A stretch of DNA of 63,961 bases, filler included, from Atractiella rhizophila (lineage: Eukaryota): assembly GCA_021432655.1 (NCBI GenBank). It is 4 parts of 4 records of this genome, joined end to end, with 100 filler letters (N's around TTAATTAATTAA, not from the genome) between each part and the next. Parts side by side here need not be neighbours in the genome. Positions count along the whole stretch, not along the records: positions 1 to 28,937 come from MU271726.1; 3 more parts are not named here. One strand, written 5' to 3'. Shown here piece after piece: positions 1 through 12,946 of the stretch (within the stretch, counting starts at the first letter, position 1; each line of letters begins with the position of its first letter). The notes under the pieces are model-generated. The model was not told the origin of the DNA, searched no databases, and saw only the letters and a program-made list of their open reading frames with translations. The translations under genes were made by a program, and so were the position numbers.

Positions 1-3000
1 ACAAAGGAACCTCTGACTTCTTGTTCTTGATGAGCCAGCCGACCTGGCCTGGTTGACTAAAAAGATCCTACATAAATTGCACAGCTATAGAAATCTGGAG
101 CCACGTTAGGAGACGTGTTGGCGTACGAAGACGGGAACACTCCTTCAGGTCTGCCGCACGTCTTCCCGTCCCGTCAAAAATGCATGCGGTTTGAGACGTG
201 TTTCTGAGCTCTACGCACGCCAAAAAAGACGGGAACGAAGTACGGGTTCTGGACCCGCCACGTCCCGTTGTGCATCCTGGGGAGGAACGTTCATTCCGCC
301 CTCAAGCGTTGCATCTCGCTTTGTTCCCTCAACGAATCCCCTATCCATTATCATGCTCATTCTCATGCACATAACGAGGCAGTCGACAGTGTGTGCTTCT
401 CGCCCCTGTTCAGTGTCTCCGAGTGCTTTTGTGGGAATAGAATATGATTATGACTGGTGTTGGGTTGGTGCAATCTCATTCTTACTTCAGTGACTGAAAT
501 CAGCCCCCTACAAATGCTGCGCTTGTGCACCCGTCGTCAGTCGAGTGTTTCTCGCTAAAACATCTCGTATGCACTCGAGTAAGTCCCTGTCGCTACACGA
601 CGCCTACACTTCTTTCTCCACCAGCCCTCCGCCCCTTCCTAATCAGCCCTCCATCTGCCTGCCTAATGTCGTTGCCGTAGTTGTCGTCCCTCTGTAGCTC
701 CCGCTGTCGCAGCCGCTTATCAGGTCTCAAGCGGGAAAGTGGAAGTTGGTCATGTCGCGATAGAGGAACGTCCGTGAATCGGTGGGAGGGGAAGTGATTA
801 AGATTTTGATTGTGTCTCGGCGGATCCAAGGGATGGACGGTCGCTGTGTAACATGATTTGATGGATGTAAAGGTTTGTAATAGATTTGATTCGAAGTGTG
901 ACGGAACGTGGATTTAGGATTTTGATCCAAGTTGTTGAAGAGATCTGAGGTCGGCTTTGATGGAACCGATCAAGGAAAATGACTGAGGAAAGGGTTGGAT
1001 TTAGGATTTTGATCCAAATTGAAGAGATCGGAGGCAGATTTTTATGTTTGGATGCAGAAAATGAGGTGTCATTAAGTAACAGGGACAACGTGTTAAAGTT
1101 CAGGTGCCGACATATCTGGTAGTTACCACGATGCGACCGGCCATTTCAAAGAATAATTTGGATCAAACGATCAAAGAGGTTTTCCTCGGTCATTTTGCTG
1201 GGTGAGATGGATCAAACGCATACGAGTTCAAACTGTTATTTTCATGAAAGAACAGAACGGATGAAAGTGAGGTGACCGGAGCAATTACGCCTCCTACTTT
1301 AAATTTCGGGGAGCATTCACGTCCCCTAGTATCAATATCGTGGTGTATGCTGAAGTTTTCTTTTTACTTCCAATTACGCCTTCTCATTATTCAGCACCTT
1401 TCTCTGATCAAAGCGAATTGCCCTGCGAGTGCGAGACCACATTCTCATTGGTTGGTCTCGCACGTCGCAGCCTCGCTCCCATGCTGGCTTCCTCTGCGTC
1501 TGACGAACTGGACGCGATGGGGTGAAGAAGGATGATTCGGCAGGAGCGAGAACGTGGTGGGGTCCTAATGGCTCCGCCTCCGTCACCAAGGACGACTAAA
1601 CGCAATATGCTGGCAGGCGAATTTAGCCAAGTTCTGTGGCAGATTCTAATCACGGAGAGGCAGGCGAGGAGAAGAAATGGATCTTATAACCGGGGGGGAT
1701 TGGGCAGAGGCCATCAAGGGTACAATCTGCGTAAGCCCGAACAGTGCCTTGCAAGTGACGGCAATAACACTGAAGCGACTGTAGGAGACGTGAGCCAAAC
1801 TGAGATTTTGGGAACTACTGCCCCTACTCCTGGACAAGATATTAGAGACACCGAAGATCGATTAGATCCTGCTCGCGCCTGAACCGAAAAATCGTTCCTG
1901 TGGAATAGAGGGAGACGACTGACGGACATTTGATACAGAAAAATAGGAGTGCCGAACAAGCTGCAGTCATCACAGAGAAAGGAGTTAAGTTTGAGTATGA
2001 GTGGTTTGTAATCTCGGGACTTATCAATCATACTCTTAGACATCCCAACTCCATTACACCCTTCTGCCAACTCGTGAGGTTTGTTCCTTTCAGCGGCTCT
2101 CGTTCTTCCAGAAAACCAAGTTCTGTCCTAGTACTGAGTCGCGCGCGGCGATCACCAAACTCATCGACCAATCGCTCTCGCAAGCTCACTCAGAGCTCCC
2201 CTTTCAACACTCTTTGATCGCATCCTCTCTTCGCATACTCTCCTTTTCATCAACCCCACCAACCCAAGAACACATTCACTACCACAACCACACCTACTAA
2301 AGCCAATACATGACCTTCTTGAACTAGATGGAACCGGAGGGCGGTCAGATGAGTAACGACGCCTTGCTAGACATGAACTTGGGTCTCTCTATCTTTGTTC
2401 CTGAAACTCCCGATCGACACATCGTTTTCTCAACGAACTTTCAGTCTTGGCCAATGGCACCAACATCATTTTGAAGTTTGAGAGTAGCAATTGTGAGCAA
2501 CAGAATATATAAAGGATGAATGAGAACAGATGCTTCCTAAAAAAATGATCGTATGCGAGGGAAAGAAGGAGTTCGTGTGGCCACGACCTTGCTCTCATCG
2601 GAGCAGAAATAGAAAACTCCATTTTACACGCAGTAATAGGCGTACATCCTGCAGATGTATCAAGAATGACCGTTTTCATCCAAGCCTACCATGAGAACTT
2701 CCGTTTGAATTGGGGGTAGTTTCGTCCTCCACCGAAATAACCTTGTCCATCAGGTGATGACGGATCGATCCAACGTATCTCAATGGCCGATAACTCGCTG
2801 ACCCACTTTCTCATATAAGGCATAGGAAGTATGCTACAGCGTCGAAATTGCAAGCCATAACTCCTCAACGGGAATTAGTGGGAAAAAATGCATCGTGTTT
2901 ATCCTGGCTTCCAATTTATGTATACAGTGATGCCTTGTTAGCAAGGAAGGATTGCTCACATTTTTATCTTTGTCATGGATCTTGAGCCCCAAACAGATGA

Positions 3001-4185
3001 GAAAACTGCGGATGCACTCGAAAAGACCTTCACAGGTTTCCAACCTCCAGCATTCCAGTCTCCCTCAATAGCACTCTTTCCTCATGATGTCAATCAACCC
3101 CAAACTTCAGGGGAGAGAACTGAATGGGCTACTGGTATCTGGCATGCTAGATTGGAACCACTTGAGAGGGCTAAGGGAGAAGAAGTTCTGGGTATGATAA
3201 ATCTTGTCCCTGGAGTAGATGAGAGGGATTGGATCCTAGCTAAGGTATGTCTTGCAGTATCAAGATCGACAATGATTTATATTGGTGACCTAGAATGTCT
3301 GTCGTTGCATGTCAAATGAGCGATAACGTGAATGACAACAGAGCCTGTTGATGCTACCTGCTTGTGATTTGCAGATGTTACCACTTGTGTAATCGCCGAT
3401 TTCAGATCCAAGATGAAATACATTCTGGCCTATCTGGATCTATAACGTTGATCGGTGCTGGAAAAAGGATTGCTCGTCGAGTTTTTGGTTTGCGAATTAG
3501 AAAGGTGGAATGAGATGAATCTCGTGTTAGGATGGACAACTCACGCACCCACCTCACTTCAGCGTTCTATAGGCATCCATTGGAGTATTATTTACGTCGA
3601 TGGCCGATAATTGGGCCTGGCAATCTCGAGTGGGCGATGACGCACGCCGCAACAGAGCAAACTGATGTCAAGATCTTCGATCGACTACAATATGCTAGTC
3701 TATTCAACAATACGATAACTGCCCCAAAGTTGTTCTTTCGCACTAGCTTTTCCGCAGTACGGCCAAACCGTCCTACTGCGAAAATATGAAAGCATCCTGA
3801 TGCGCGATGAATTGAATCCTTCAAATGAACGACATCAACTTGCCTTCTTTTTTTTTCGAAAATGGATGTATGACCCCCGCCTATCCACAATGCAGACATC
3901 AGACGTTAAAGTTTACTTCTTTGTCCGCTGCTGTTTATTGGCCATTCAAGATCTGAATGATTCATATTACCGCTGATGTACATCGCGCATCAACCACGCA
4001 TGGATAAGGACCCCAGTAATCTAATTGAACAATGGCTGAGTATAAAAGACCATACCCTGGAGCTCGTCAAAAGCCGCCCTTCTTCCTCTAGGTCAGCTCT
4101 TCAGGTGGACAAACTGCCGCTGGTCTTTGGTTTGTTCGTCTCTCTTCACATTCAACGGCCGTCAGTCGTGTATTAACGACAGAAG

Positions 4186-4479
4186 ATGGCTAATATTAAT
4201 GGGGCATGCTTTTGCAGAGAAATGATCCCGTTCAGCATTGTTTCCATTCTGACGGTCATATTCAAAATCTCCGACTGGACCACGAGCCACATCACGCACC
4301 AACAAGAACAGCAGGAGCAAATGCTCAAAAAGCAAGAGCATCTGCTTCGAGAGCGGCTCAAGCAAGAACAACTGCTCAAGGCCTCCTACTGGATTCTACT
4401 AGTACTCCTTGCACTGCTGTTTTGTTTTCCTGGCGGCCGTGCTAAACCCTTTGACAGGTGGTATGCAGAGATATTGTAA
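4186..4479 (+). CDS. Small hypothetical membrane protein (hydrophobic segment, Q-rich coiled coil, hydrophobic segment), copy 1
   Basis: Open ORF of 97 aa; a close paralog with preserved reading frame lies inverted at 26280-26603. Confidence 0.5.
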   Translation: MANINGACFCREMIPFSIVSILTVIFKISDWTTSHITHQQEQQEQMLKKQEHLLRERLKQEQLLKASYWILLVLLALLFCFPGGRAKPFDRWYAEIL

Positions 4480-5230
4480 GGGGAGAATGGGTGTGTGGAG
4501 GATAGTGAGTTCCCTTATTATTCGATTTCTTCGACTTAACAGACGAGAATTTTAGAGGGTTGAGAAGCAGAAAGAGGAAGAGGAACCTGGGTTTTGGTCA
4601 AGCGTTACGCGTTAGGGCACGGGGTCTGTGTTGATTTTATGCATACACCAGATGTTAAAGTTTACTCCTTTGTTCTCCGCTGTTTATCGGTCATTCGAGG
4701 CTCTATTTAGGTCTTTACTCTATTTAGGTCTTTACGGAGGCGAAGGGCAATCGAGGTGGCCATGAGAGCGCTAATGGTAGTAACCGGTCAAAACCGGCGA
4801 TAAATTTTCAGTTGCACGCGAGTCACGTAGACTTCACGGCAATAAAAAGAAGTCATCTCAGTCTTTTGTTGCAGCAACAATGCAAGTTATCCAGGTCCTT
4901 GTTTTCTTTGTGGTGCTCGCTGGACGAATCTACGATGTCCACTACGATGCCCAATCTCACAAAAATGTGTGGGCGTCATATCCCATCCTGCTTGCCACCA
5001 AGATAATTGTGGCCACATCTATTTTGGCTTTGCGATTGTGGGCTCTGCGACATCCTGAACGACGCCAGTGGACTTTGGCTGTGTCCACCTTCGATTGTGC
5101 GAATATTCCTCACGGAGTGACTAACATCTGGATCCTCATTGTGTTTCTGCCCTTCTTTTTTTTCAATGACCCGATGTGAGTTTTTCTCTTGTTTTTGAGT
5201 GGGTATTGAACGCTAGTCGCCATCAGCACG

Positions 5231-5518
5231 TTGTCTCTGAAGGAAGGAGACATTCCAGGACGTTTCATCACATCCGAGACACATTTCAACGAAGTTGGAC
5301 AGGCGACGCTGGTGGAAGAAGAATTGCCTGAAGAGCTGTCCGAAGAAGAGGTGGGAGAGTCCGAAGAAGAGGTGGGAAAGATGTTGTCTCCGAAGAAGAC
5401 GAAGACGAAGAGGAGGCGAAAGCCACGCTGTAGTGAGTGTCATGGAAGCGGCCATAACAAGCGGGGATGTCCTAGTTTACGTGCTGCTGCTTCCAACTCC
5501 TCCCACGTCTCCACATAG
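5231..5518 (+). pseudogene. C-terminal CCHC zinc-knuckle fragment, probably a DNA-transposase remnant (pogo/Fot1- or MULE-like)
   Basis: Acidic tract, basic NLS-like stretch and RCSECHGSGHNKRGCP at the ORF end, as seen at transposase C-termini; no DDE domain visible. Confidence 0.4.
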
Positions 5519-5989
5519 AGAGCTTTTGTTACATCCATTTCAATACTTCTCGTTTTTCTTATGGGTATTGTCTAACCAACCAACCAATATCGTAGTTTAG
5601 TATTTAGAACAGTGGACCACTTTCCATAAAAAAAATGCAGCCTGTGTGGAAATCAATTTAAATTCTGACTGACTAGAATTCAGGCAAATTTATAGGCAGG
5701 TATAACCTTCCATCGACATCCATGATGGATTCTTTACAACAGTGTTCTTAGTAAGAGGAGCAATGGAGAGGTCGTTATCAGTGGCTGTCAGTCGATAAAC
5801 CTTCATTTTCTGGGAGCTCACATCTGATTGCGGCGCAAACATTTAGGCCTGGCGCTGACTTGCGATCCTAAATATGGTTGGGAACGCTGGAATAGTTGGC
5901 AGGTTTGTGCTTTCTAGAATTGATATCCTTCCTGAGGTTAGTTGGTCACTGTGCTTTGTAGACTTTCAACGATATTCTTTGATCATTCT

Positions 5990-8650
5990 CTTGACCTGAG
6001 AAGAGGATCCGTTTGGCTTGTTCATCTGACCCTCTTGATCACATCCTCTCCTCTCCTTCTACCCCCGTCCACTCCCTATTGTTGATCCATCAGACCATCC
6101 CCTCCTTCTATCGCAGCTTTCTCTCCATCTTAGCCCTCTCCCACGGACCCTGGACTTTCCCGCCCCTGCATCTCTAATATGGATATCCCCTTTGCGTCCG
6201 AGGTCCTTCTCTACGCATACGCGGAACTGTCTCAGGACGTTAAAATTCTTCTTCAACAAAGCTGGACCTTGGCTCGTTTGGCGGCAAGTATTGGAGAAGG
6301 TGACAAATTTCAGGCTATAGTGGATGATGCAGACTCGGCGGTCTTCACCGCTGTCGACGTAGTTGCTCGTTCGGTTCTAGGCGAATACAACGCTTCAGCT
6401 GTTCGGCTGAACCCCGACTTTGCTCTCGACGAAATCTCCCGCTCTCGCTCTCCTTTAGCCGCTATCCGCCTCTTCAAGAAATCCCGACGCAGTAGCCCAC
6501 GCCTCCTTGTCCCGTCTCCTTCTGGGGCTCAAAGCGGTCTCACTGCTGCTGATGAAGCGGTTCAGCTCTGGAGTGACATTTATGAAAGCATTCTGCCTCC
6601 TTCGATGGTCCTATCTTCGACGAACAGTGTTGGGGTCTAGGCCACCTCTTCACCTCTTCAGCGATTAGAAGTGCTCTCGCTCGCTATCCCAAGGGCAAGT
6701 CTCCCGGCATTGACGGTGTCCATACTCTCCTACTCGCCACTCTCTCATGCTCCTCTTCTGATGAGGAGAAGAAGAAATGCTCCCACCGGGTCCTTTTCTC
6801 TCGCTGACCACCTCTCCTCCCTATTTCGCCTGGTTGCTGCTACTCGTCGTACTCCTTCACGATGGGGTGAACAGGTCATGCCCTTCATCCCAAAAGGCAA
6901 GGATCGCCCTCCAACCGCTGCTGATAGCCGCCCCCTGTCCCTCTTTGTTATGTTTCGGTGTCTTTGGGAAATCCTTTTCCTTCCCGCCCTTTCCAGCGAG
7001 GATCCCTCAAGCTGGAATTTCACTCATATGGCCCAAGCTGGGTTCAAAAGAGGGTTCTCCTGCCTATCTAACCTCTTGATTGTCGACTCAGCCGCGAGAA
7101 CCCGTCAGCGACCCATAGCGATTTTCCTGGACTTTGAACGTGCCTTCCCGTCAGTCCGTCACGACATTGCCGACGCTAACTTGAAGTCCCGCGGTGCTCC
7201 TTCAGCTATCCGCGAACTCGTTTGGCAGCTCTGCACGCACAATGCGTCAGCAACGATCATCGTGAACGGCCAGCGCCAGCCTCCCATCGCCATTCACCGC
7301 GGGTACCCACAGGGCGGTCCGATCATCCCCATGCTCTTCGATCTCTTCATCGACCCGCTTGTCTGTCTTCTCAACCCACTCCTCCCCCGCTCTATGCCTT
7401 CCCTTCACCTTCCTTCTCAGCCAACACCCTCACACTCCCCTCCTGCTCTCCCCTCTAACGCGTCCTCCCTTGTCTCTGCCCCCACCTTCGCCGATGATAT
7501 TGCCTGCATTCCCGAAACCGTCGAGGAAGGCCAGGATCAGCTCGATTTGGTTAGCGACTGGTCTGATCGGAATGGAATGAAGCTCAACATCCCCAAATGC
7601 AAGGTTGTTGCTCCCTTCCCTGTCTCACTCATCGTCAATGGTCTTCAGCTCCAGCAGGTCACCTCTGCAAGGTACCTTGGCATGTCACGGGGTCCAGATG
7701 GTATTGATTTCGAAGGTTGGCTTTTGGAGAAGTCAGACAAGCAGGACAACTTCCTGAGGAGCCTCCAGGTTTGTGGAAATGCTTGGAATGAAGTGATCCG
7801 CCTTGCAATCTACCGCACCTTTATTCGGCCAATCTCAGACTATGGCGGCGGTCTTTTTCATTATTGGATTCTAGCCGACGAGCGCCGTCGCTCCTCATTC
7901 ACCTGCAATGCCGGCGGCGTCCCGTCACTTCAAATCGGCTGCTTCTTGGATTGTAGGGGTTTCACAGGACCGATGGAAACTGGCCTCGTCCATGACAGGC
8001 TTACTCCCGCCTCGTGAACGCTTTCGTCAACTCGGAGCAAGTCTTACTGCCCACCTCCGCTCCCTTTCTCGCTTCAATCCTGCCTTCCCTTCCCTCTCGT
8101 CATCTCTCCCTGGACGGCTCCTCCTTCAACCTTCTGCATTGTTCCTCACATTCAGTCCTGTGAGCTATATGCTCGCTTTCTGACCGTGCAAGCAGACGAG
8201 GAGGCTAGCAACGCTACGTTCTCTCCCTTCAAACCTTCCTTCGCCGCGAACGGCTCCGCCTCCTCGGCTCAGTCGAGCTCATTGGTGGCTTAGGTTCCCT
8301 TGTCTCACCGGCTCAGAGGACGGCGTCCTTGGTTGACAGGGTACTCCTCATCCCCGACATCAATCTACGACGTTTGGCCATCAAGTGGCGCGCTGGTCGC
8401 TTCGGATTCAGCGGAACCTGCTCCTGTGGTCTCCCAGGGCGGCCATGTTCAATGTTTGATTGCATCTCTCGGTTTCTTCTCTTCTGTTGACTGCCCTTTT
8501 ACGGATCTCTCCAAGTTCTCCTCAGTTCCTCTACTTTCTTTCCCCAATTCTTCAATCTTAGATTCTCTCATTGCTCATAGAGATAACTCATTTTCTTCCA
8601 TTGCTTATCAAACCCTCCTTGTTTGGTCCAACCAATTTAGTTCATAACTG
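5990..8650 (+). mobile_element. Degenerate non-LTR (LINE) retrotransposon ORF2: APE endonuclease remnant plus reverse transcriptase
   Basis: LDHIL and SDH endonuclease-like motifs near 6035-6100; KGKSPGIDG near 6690-6720 in a shifted frame; RT motifs AQAGFKRGFSC, FLDFERAFPSV, GYPQGG and FADD in 6671-8017; stop at 6638 and frameshifts near 6740 and 7900. Confidence 0.9.
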
Positions 8651-10699
8651 ATCCGTAGTCATTCCTGCAAATTCACTCTTAACCCCCCTTGAAGTAATCA
8701 AGGAAAGAAACGGACTGTGGTAAGTCCCCACATACACTGGTGTACCCGTGATTACCCACGGGCGAACCCGAAAAGTGTTCTAGGTATTTCTCAAATAAAT
8801 CGACATTGCCTGATACACTCTCGAGCACGCATAGTTCATTCGTATTACTTGGCAACTTTTCTAGAGATGAGGGTTCTTGTAGATCAACCTTTGTTGCTGC
8901 CGATGAGTCCAATCCAATCTGGGAAAACAGCATTGTCAACTCATCGAGTTCTTCGTCCGTCCTCTTCGTCTCCTGCTAGGCAATCAAAGTTTCTGGAAGC
9001 GGACAGAAATAGCAGGTCATTGATTCGGAATGTTGACTTTCAGCCACAGCCGCCTACACCCTTAAACCTACTCCTGGTGAGAGAGAAGCTTTAGAACATC
9101 CCCCCCATTTTCGTATCGTCTCTACAGCCCTAACCGCCACCACCTGGAATCTGCTAAAGGCGTTACAAAACTTGAAGTGTTGATAAGAGCATTAACACAC
9201 GACACTACACGGTCCCCAAACATAGAGCTCCATTGACTATAGTCTGTACGGTCTGAAATATGATCACCCGGTAACAAAGAATATTGCCCCTCATGAAGAA
9301 GCAATTTCAAACACTTGTCTGTTCTAAAGCTCCTTTAGAGCATATCCCACAGGGAGATAGTCCCTGTGGCAACACTTTAGATTTGGGACACTTGCTGTGA
9401 CTCAGTGGCCTGCACCGTATGACTTACAGGAAAGGGCATACTTGGACGATGCACCAGCAGCAGTAACCCTCCCTTTTTCGCTGTACTATACAATCCAAAG
9501 CAGTACTCCGTGCTCGCCTGAGTGACAACTCAGAATCGAGGGTAAACAAATTCATTTCACCATGAGCCTGAGGGCAAGCAAGGAGGCAAACGGACACGAG
9601 AAGCATGACGGAGATCAGGCTGTGCTCTGAAGCGACGCGCGTAGGCACACAGCAAGGGAGATGTGAAACTAAAGAGCATGGAACGAAGTAGAAATGGCTC
9701 AATCATGAAAATGAGGTCAAGAAAGCGCCAAGTCCATTTCCTGGCAGCGGTCATTGTGGCCCCCTTTCCTCTTCCCGTTTGAACTAGGGGCTGCATAGAT
9801 GCCCATTCTACCGTGAGCCTTCTCCAGCTCGAGCTTTCAGGACCAGGATTTGCTGGTCGCACCGGGAAGTGGTTGACAGTAAAGTTGGGGGAAATCGAAA
9901 GCTAATGGTTGACGCATCCATGGTCGAATCTTCAAGAAGGAGTTGGTCTTCGGTTGCATGTGGAGAAGAGTCGCCGGGAGATCTGTCGTCATCTGGAATG
10001 AGCTGGATACTTTTCGTTGCAGTGTACGATGGATTGGGACCAAGCGACTCCAGAAGCCGTCCTTCCGACAAAGATGGCTCTCTGCGTCAAGTCAAAGCAC
10101 CGGTAAGAGTGTTCTTGCCTTCGTCGTGGAGAACCTGAAGTCATGTGGCGAAAGCGTGTTTGCACTCCCTCTTCCGAATCACGTCTGGTTCGTTCACACT
10201 CTCGAGGTCATCCTTCACGTTGCTATTACATCAATCACAACGACATGCCTGCTCATCAGAGATTCATGTTCGTTTATCCCTCTTCTGGAAATGGTAAACT
10301 CACGGTGGATGCTTCTGGGAAGGTCCATATACTAGGGTAGGGGTGTGTGTAGGAGCTCATTGGTAGAATTATTTGACGGATCGTTGAGGCCCATAAGGGT
10401 TATTGCGATCCGCTGATCGAGAAATATCGTCAAACGGTGGTGGAGAACCAACAACTTTGTCGGGAAAACAATTATCTTGAAACGCAACTTTTGGAGCAAC
10501 AGGCTAAGAATGCTTTTGCTAAGGCGGCGGCGCAGCGTTCGATCACAATGTCCACCTCTCAGAAAACGGTAGTCCCTTCGTCTGGTGGGTGTTGTAGGGA
10601 GAGAACCATGATTTGACAGTGATTATCTTCAGGGTCTTCCGTTTCGATAACGTCATGCTTATGGCGGCGTTCAGTTCTCAACATCGGGCACCTCATCTC

Positions 10700-12400
10700 A
10701 TGGAGATAGTTTTGATGCAAGAAGAGCATAAGGCGACTCAGCAGGCGACGCAGAGCGGTGATGATACGGGCTATCTGCAACCTTTACCTCTAGGTCCGTT
10801 TTTTCTCCCCTCCTTCGCTTAACGCGACATAAAGCTAACATTGGAAGGCATTAATAGATTGTTGGGGAGTGTGCGCCTCATTCCTGCTCAATTCTCCAAC
10901 TACCTTACTTTGCTCATGCGGTGCTTGCGATATGGTGGATAGAATGGTGCCCACCAGCCAAACCATTTGCAGCCGCCCCATCCCTTTCAACCAGCCTCCG
11001 GCAGAGAAACTTACTATTGGAAGAGCAAAAAACAATTACGTTTGCTTGGACGCCAAGATTATTTCTAATTTCCATTGCGCGATTTGGATAGATCTCCATG
11101 GGGACGTTTGGTTGAAGGATATGTCGTCGAATGGAACGTATGTAAGGGAGAGTAAAGTCGGGAACGGAATACTTACAATAGTCAAGCACGGGGATAAGAT
11201 GACTGATGAGTACATAGATTAAACTCGGAAGTCACTCGGAAGGATATGGTGGACCTCCTTTTTACTTTCCCACCACTGCTGGTATTGACCATCTGCGATG
11301 TAGGTTTTCGTTGGCAAGACCCGAATGAACCTCTCCCTCAGGATCCCTTGGCATTCTGCGGAGCTATGTGGAGGAAGCATGATTTCATTAAGGCACTTGG
11401 AATGTCCGCAGCTCTCTTTCTTGCTATGTCGTCTCATATTTACTTTATTGTGACAGGGATTCTTTTGTGACAGGGATTCTTTTGTGAAGGTACATCGCGT
11501 GATCGAGCGTGGGACGAGCAATGTACGAGCCGTGAAGCACTTCAAGAAGTCGAGACTGAAGTCTGAAACGAGCAAAGGAATGTTTGAGAAAGAGATGGCG
11601 ATTCTCGACGAGATTAACCATCCAAACGTCGTCAAGCTTATCGAATGCTTTGACGATGACAATGACCTTTGTCTGGTCCTTGAATACGTCAATGGGGGAG
11701 ACCTCCTCAGTTATGTCTCAAAACGCGGAGGTTTATTGGAGGAAGACGCGAGGCAGATTGCCAAGATGCTCTTCCCAGCTATCGCTACCTTTCACTCCAA
11801 AAAGATTGTTCACCGGGATCTCAAGCCAGGTAGATTCTCATTACTCGTGGAATAAACCCTGTCGTGAAGATTGCAGATTTTGGCTTGTGAGGATGGTTCA
11901 GGAAAGCGAGTTGAGGACGACTTGGTACACCTCTCCTTGCTACCCTTTTTGACCCCGTTGCTGATAATGGATCTGTAAAGGTTGGCTCCAGAGGCCATCG
12001 CGAAGGAATTTGGTCAGTATACCGATAAATGTGATGCATGGGCTCTAGGCCTCGTCATCTTCTCCTGCATGATCAATGTCATTCCTTTCGACCGCGAAAA
12101 CTCGAAAGTACCTCTTGCCACGCGTCTTGAAAGGCGTGTTCTAAAGTGGAAGGATTTGTCGGAGGGTACTTCTCCCGAATGTATGACAGATCTCATTGAT
12201 ACCTGTGAGTGTTAAAGTGATGTACAGGTTGCAACTTCCTCCATCGGCTATGCAGACAAAGGGTAGAGGAGCGGATGAGCGTTACAGAAGCTTGTCAACA
12301 CCCCTGGATCCTGGAAGACGCGAATCTTCGAGTGTTGAAAACTGTACGACTAAACGTAATACATTACCTTCGGAGCGCTGGCTTCTGGTTGGGAAGCCTT
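10700..12400 (+). pseudogene. TQ-cluster + FHA + Ser/Thr kinase (Chk2/Rad53/Cds1-like), disrupted
   Basis: ATQQATQ; FHA motifs TIGR, ISNFHC and DMSSNGTYV; kinase motifs RAVK, HPNVVKL, LEYVNGGDL, HRDLKP, KIADFGL, APE and DAWALG; frameshifts after HRDLKP and DFGL; degenerate Gly-rich loop. Confidence 0.85.
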
Positions 12401-12787
12401 GGAGTATCAGAGGTTGGGCATAGATCTGTCTGTGCTACCCACGGGCGAACCCGTAAAGGCGGTTCCGAGTCGCTTACTGGTTTCTGAACATAGAATAGAA
12501 GAGCTTTGCGTCCGACCGAGAGCCCGGGTACGCGCTCTACAGAATCCTATATGTCGAAAGAACTTCCGGCGATCCTGATGCGCGTCACAGCAATGGCTAA
12601 TAGTTCGCCGCGCTTCTTTGAAGAAAGAAAAGGCAGATCCGCACATGATCCAGTGCGTCAAACCAAGTTTAGGTATGAAGCTGACACCCAATAAATCAAT
12701 CCCTAACCTTTCCTTGAGGTTGCATGGGTCCCATTGTCGTTTTCCCCGCGTCTACGCCTCGTCCACCCACCCAACAGAACTTCCAAC

Positions 12788-12946
12788 TGTTATCGCCTCA
12801 ATGTCCATCCAGAGGGAGCTCTTGCAAACACATGAGCAGCAGAAACACAAGAACAGGTGTTTATATACATGAGAGCTTGTGGCAAATAGAAACTTCCAGA
12901 ATGTTCCTGAAAGAAAGTATCACTAACATTTTACACATCTCCAACA
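12788..12946 (-). repeat. Solo-LTR-like element (about 159 bp) related to the Copia LTR at 24076
   Basis: On the minus strand it runs TGTTGG...GATAACA (TG..CA) with a TATATAAA box; near-identical over most of its length to 23800-23925; no clean TSD. Confidence 0.65.

Noticed and set aside
79..274. GACGGGAAC and GAGACGTGTT repeats, possible MITE
   Set aside because: Terminal inverted match is only about 6 bp and there is no TSD; too weak to call.
1900..3800. Coding-like fragments interrupted by stops
   Set aside because: No recognisable domain; cannot be assigned without a homology search.
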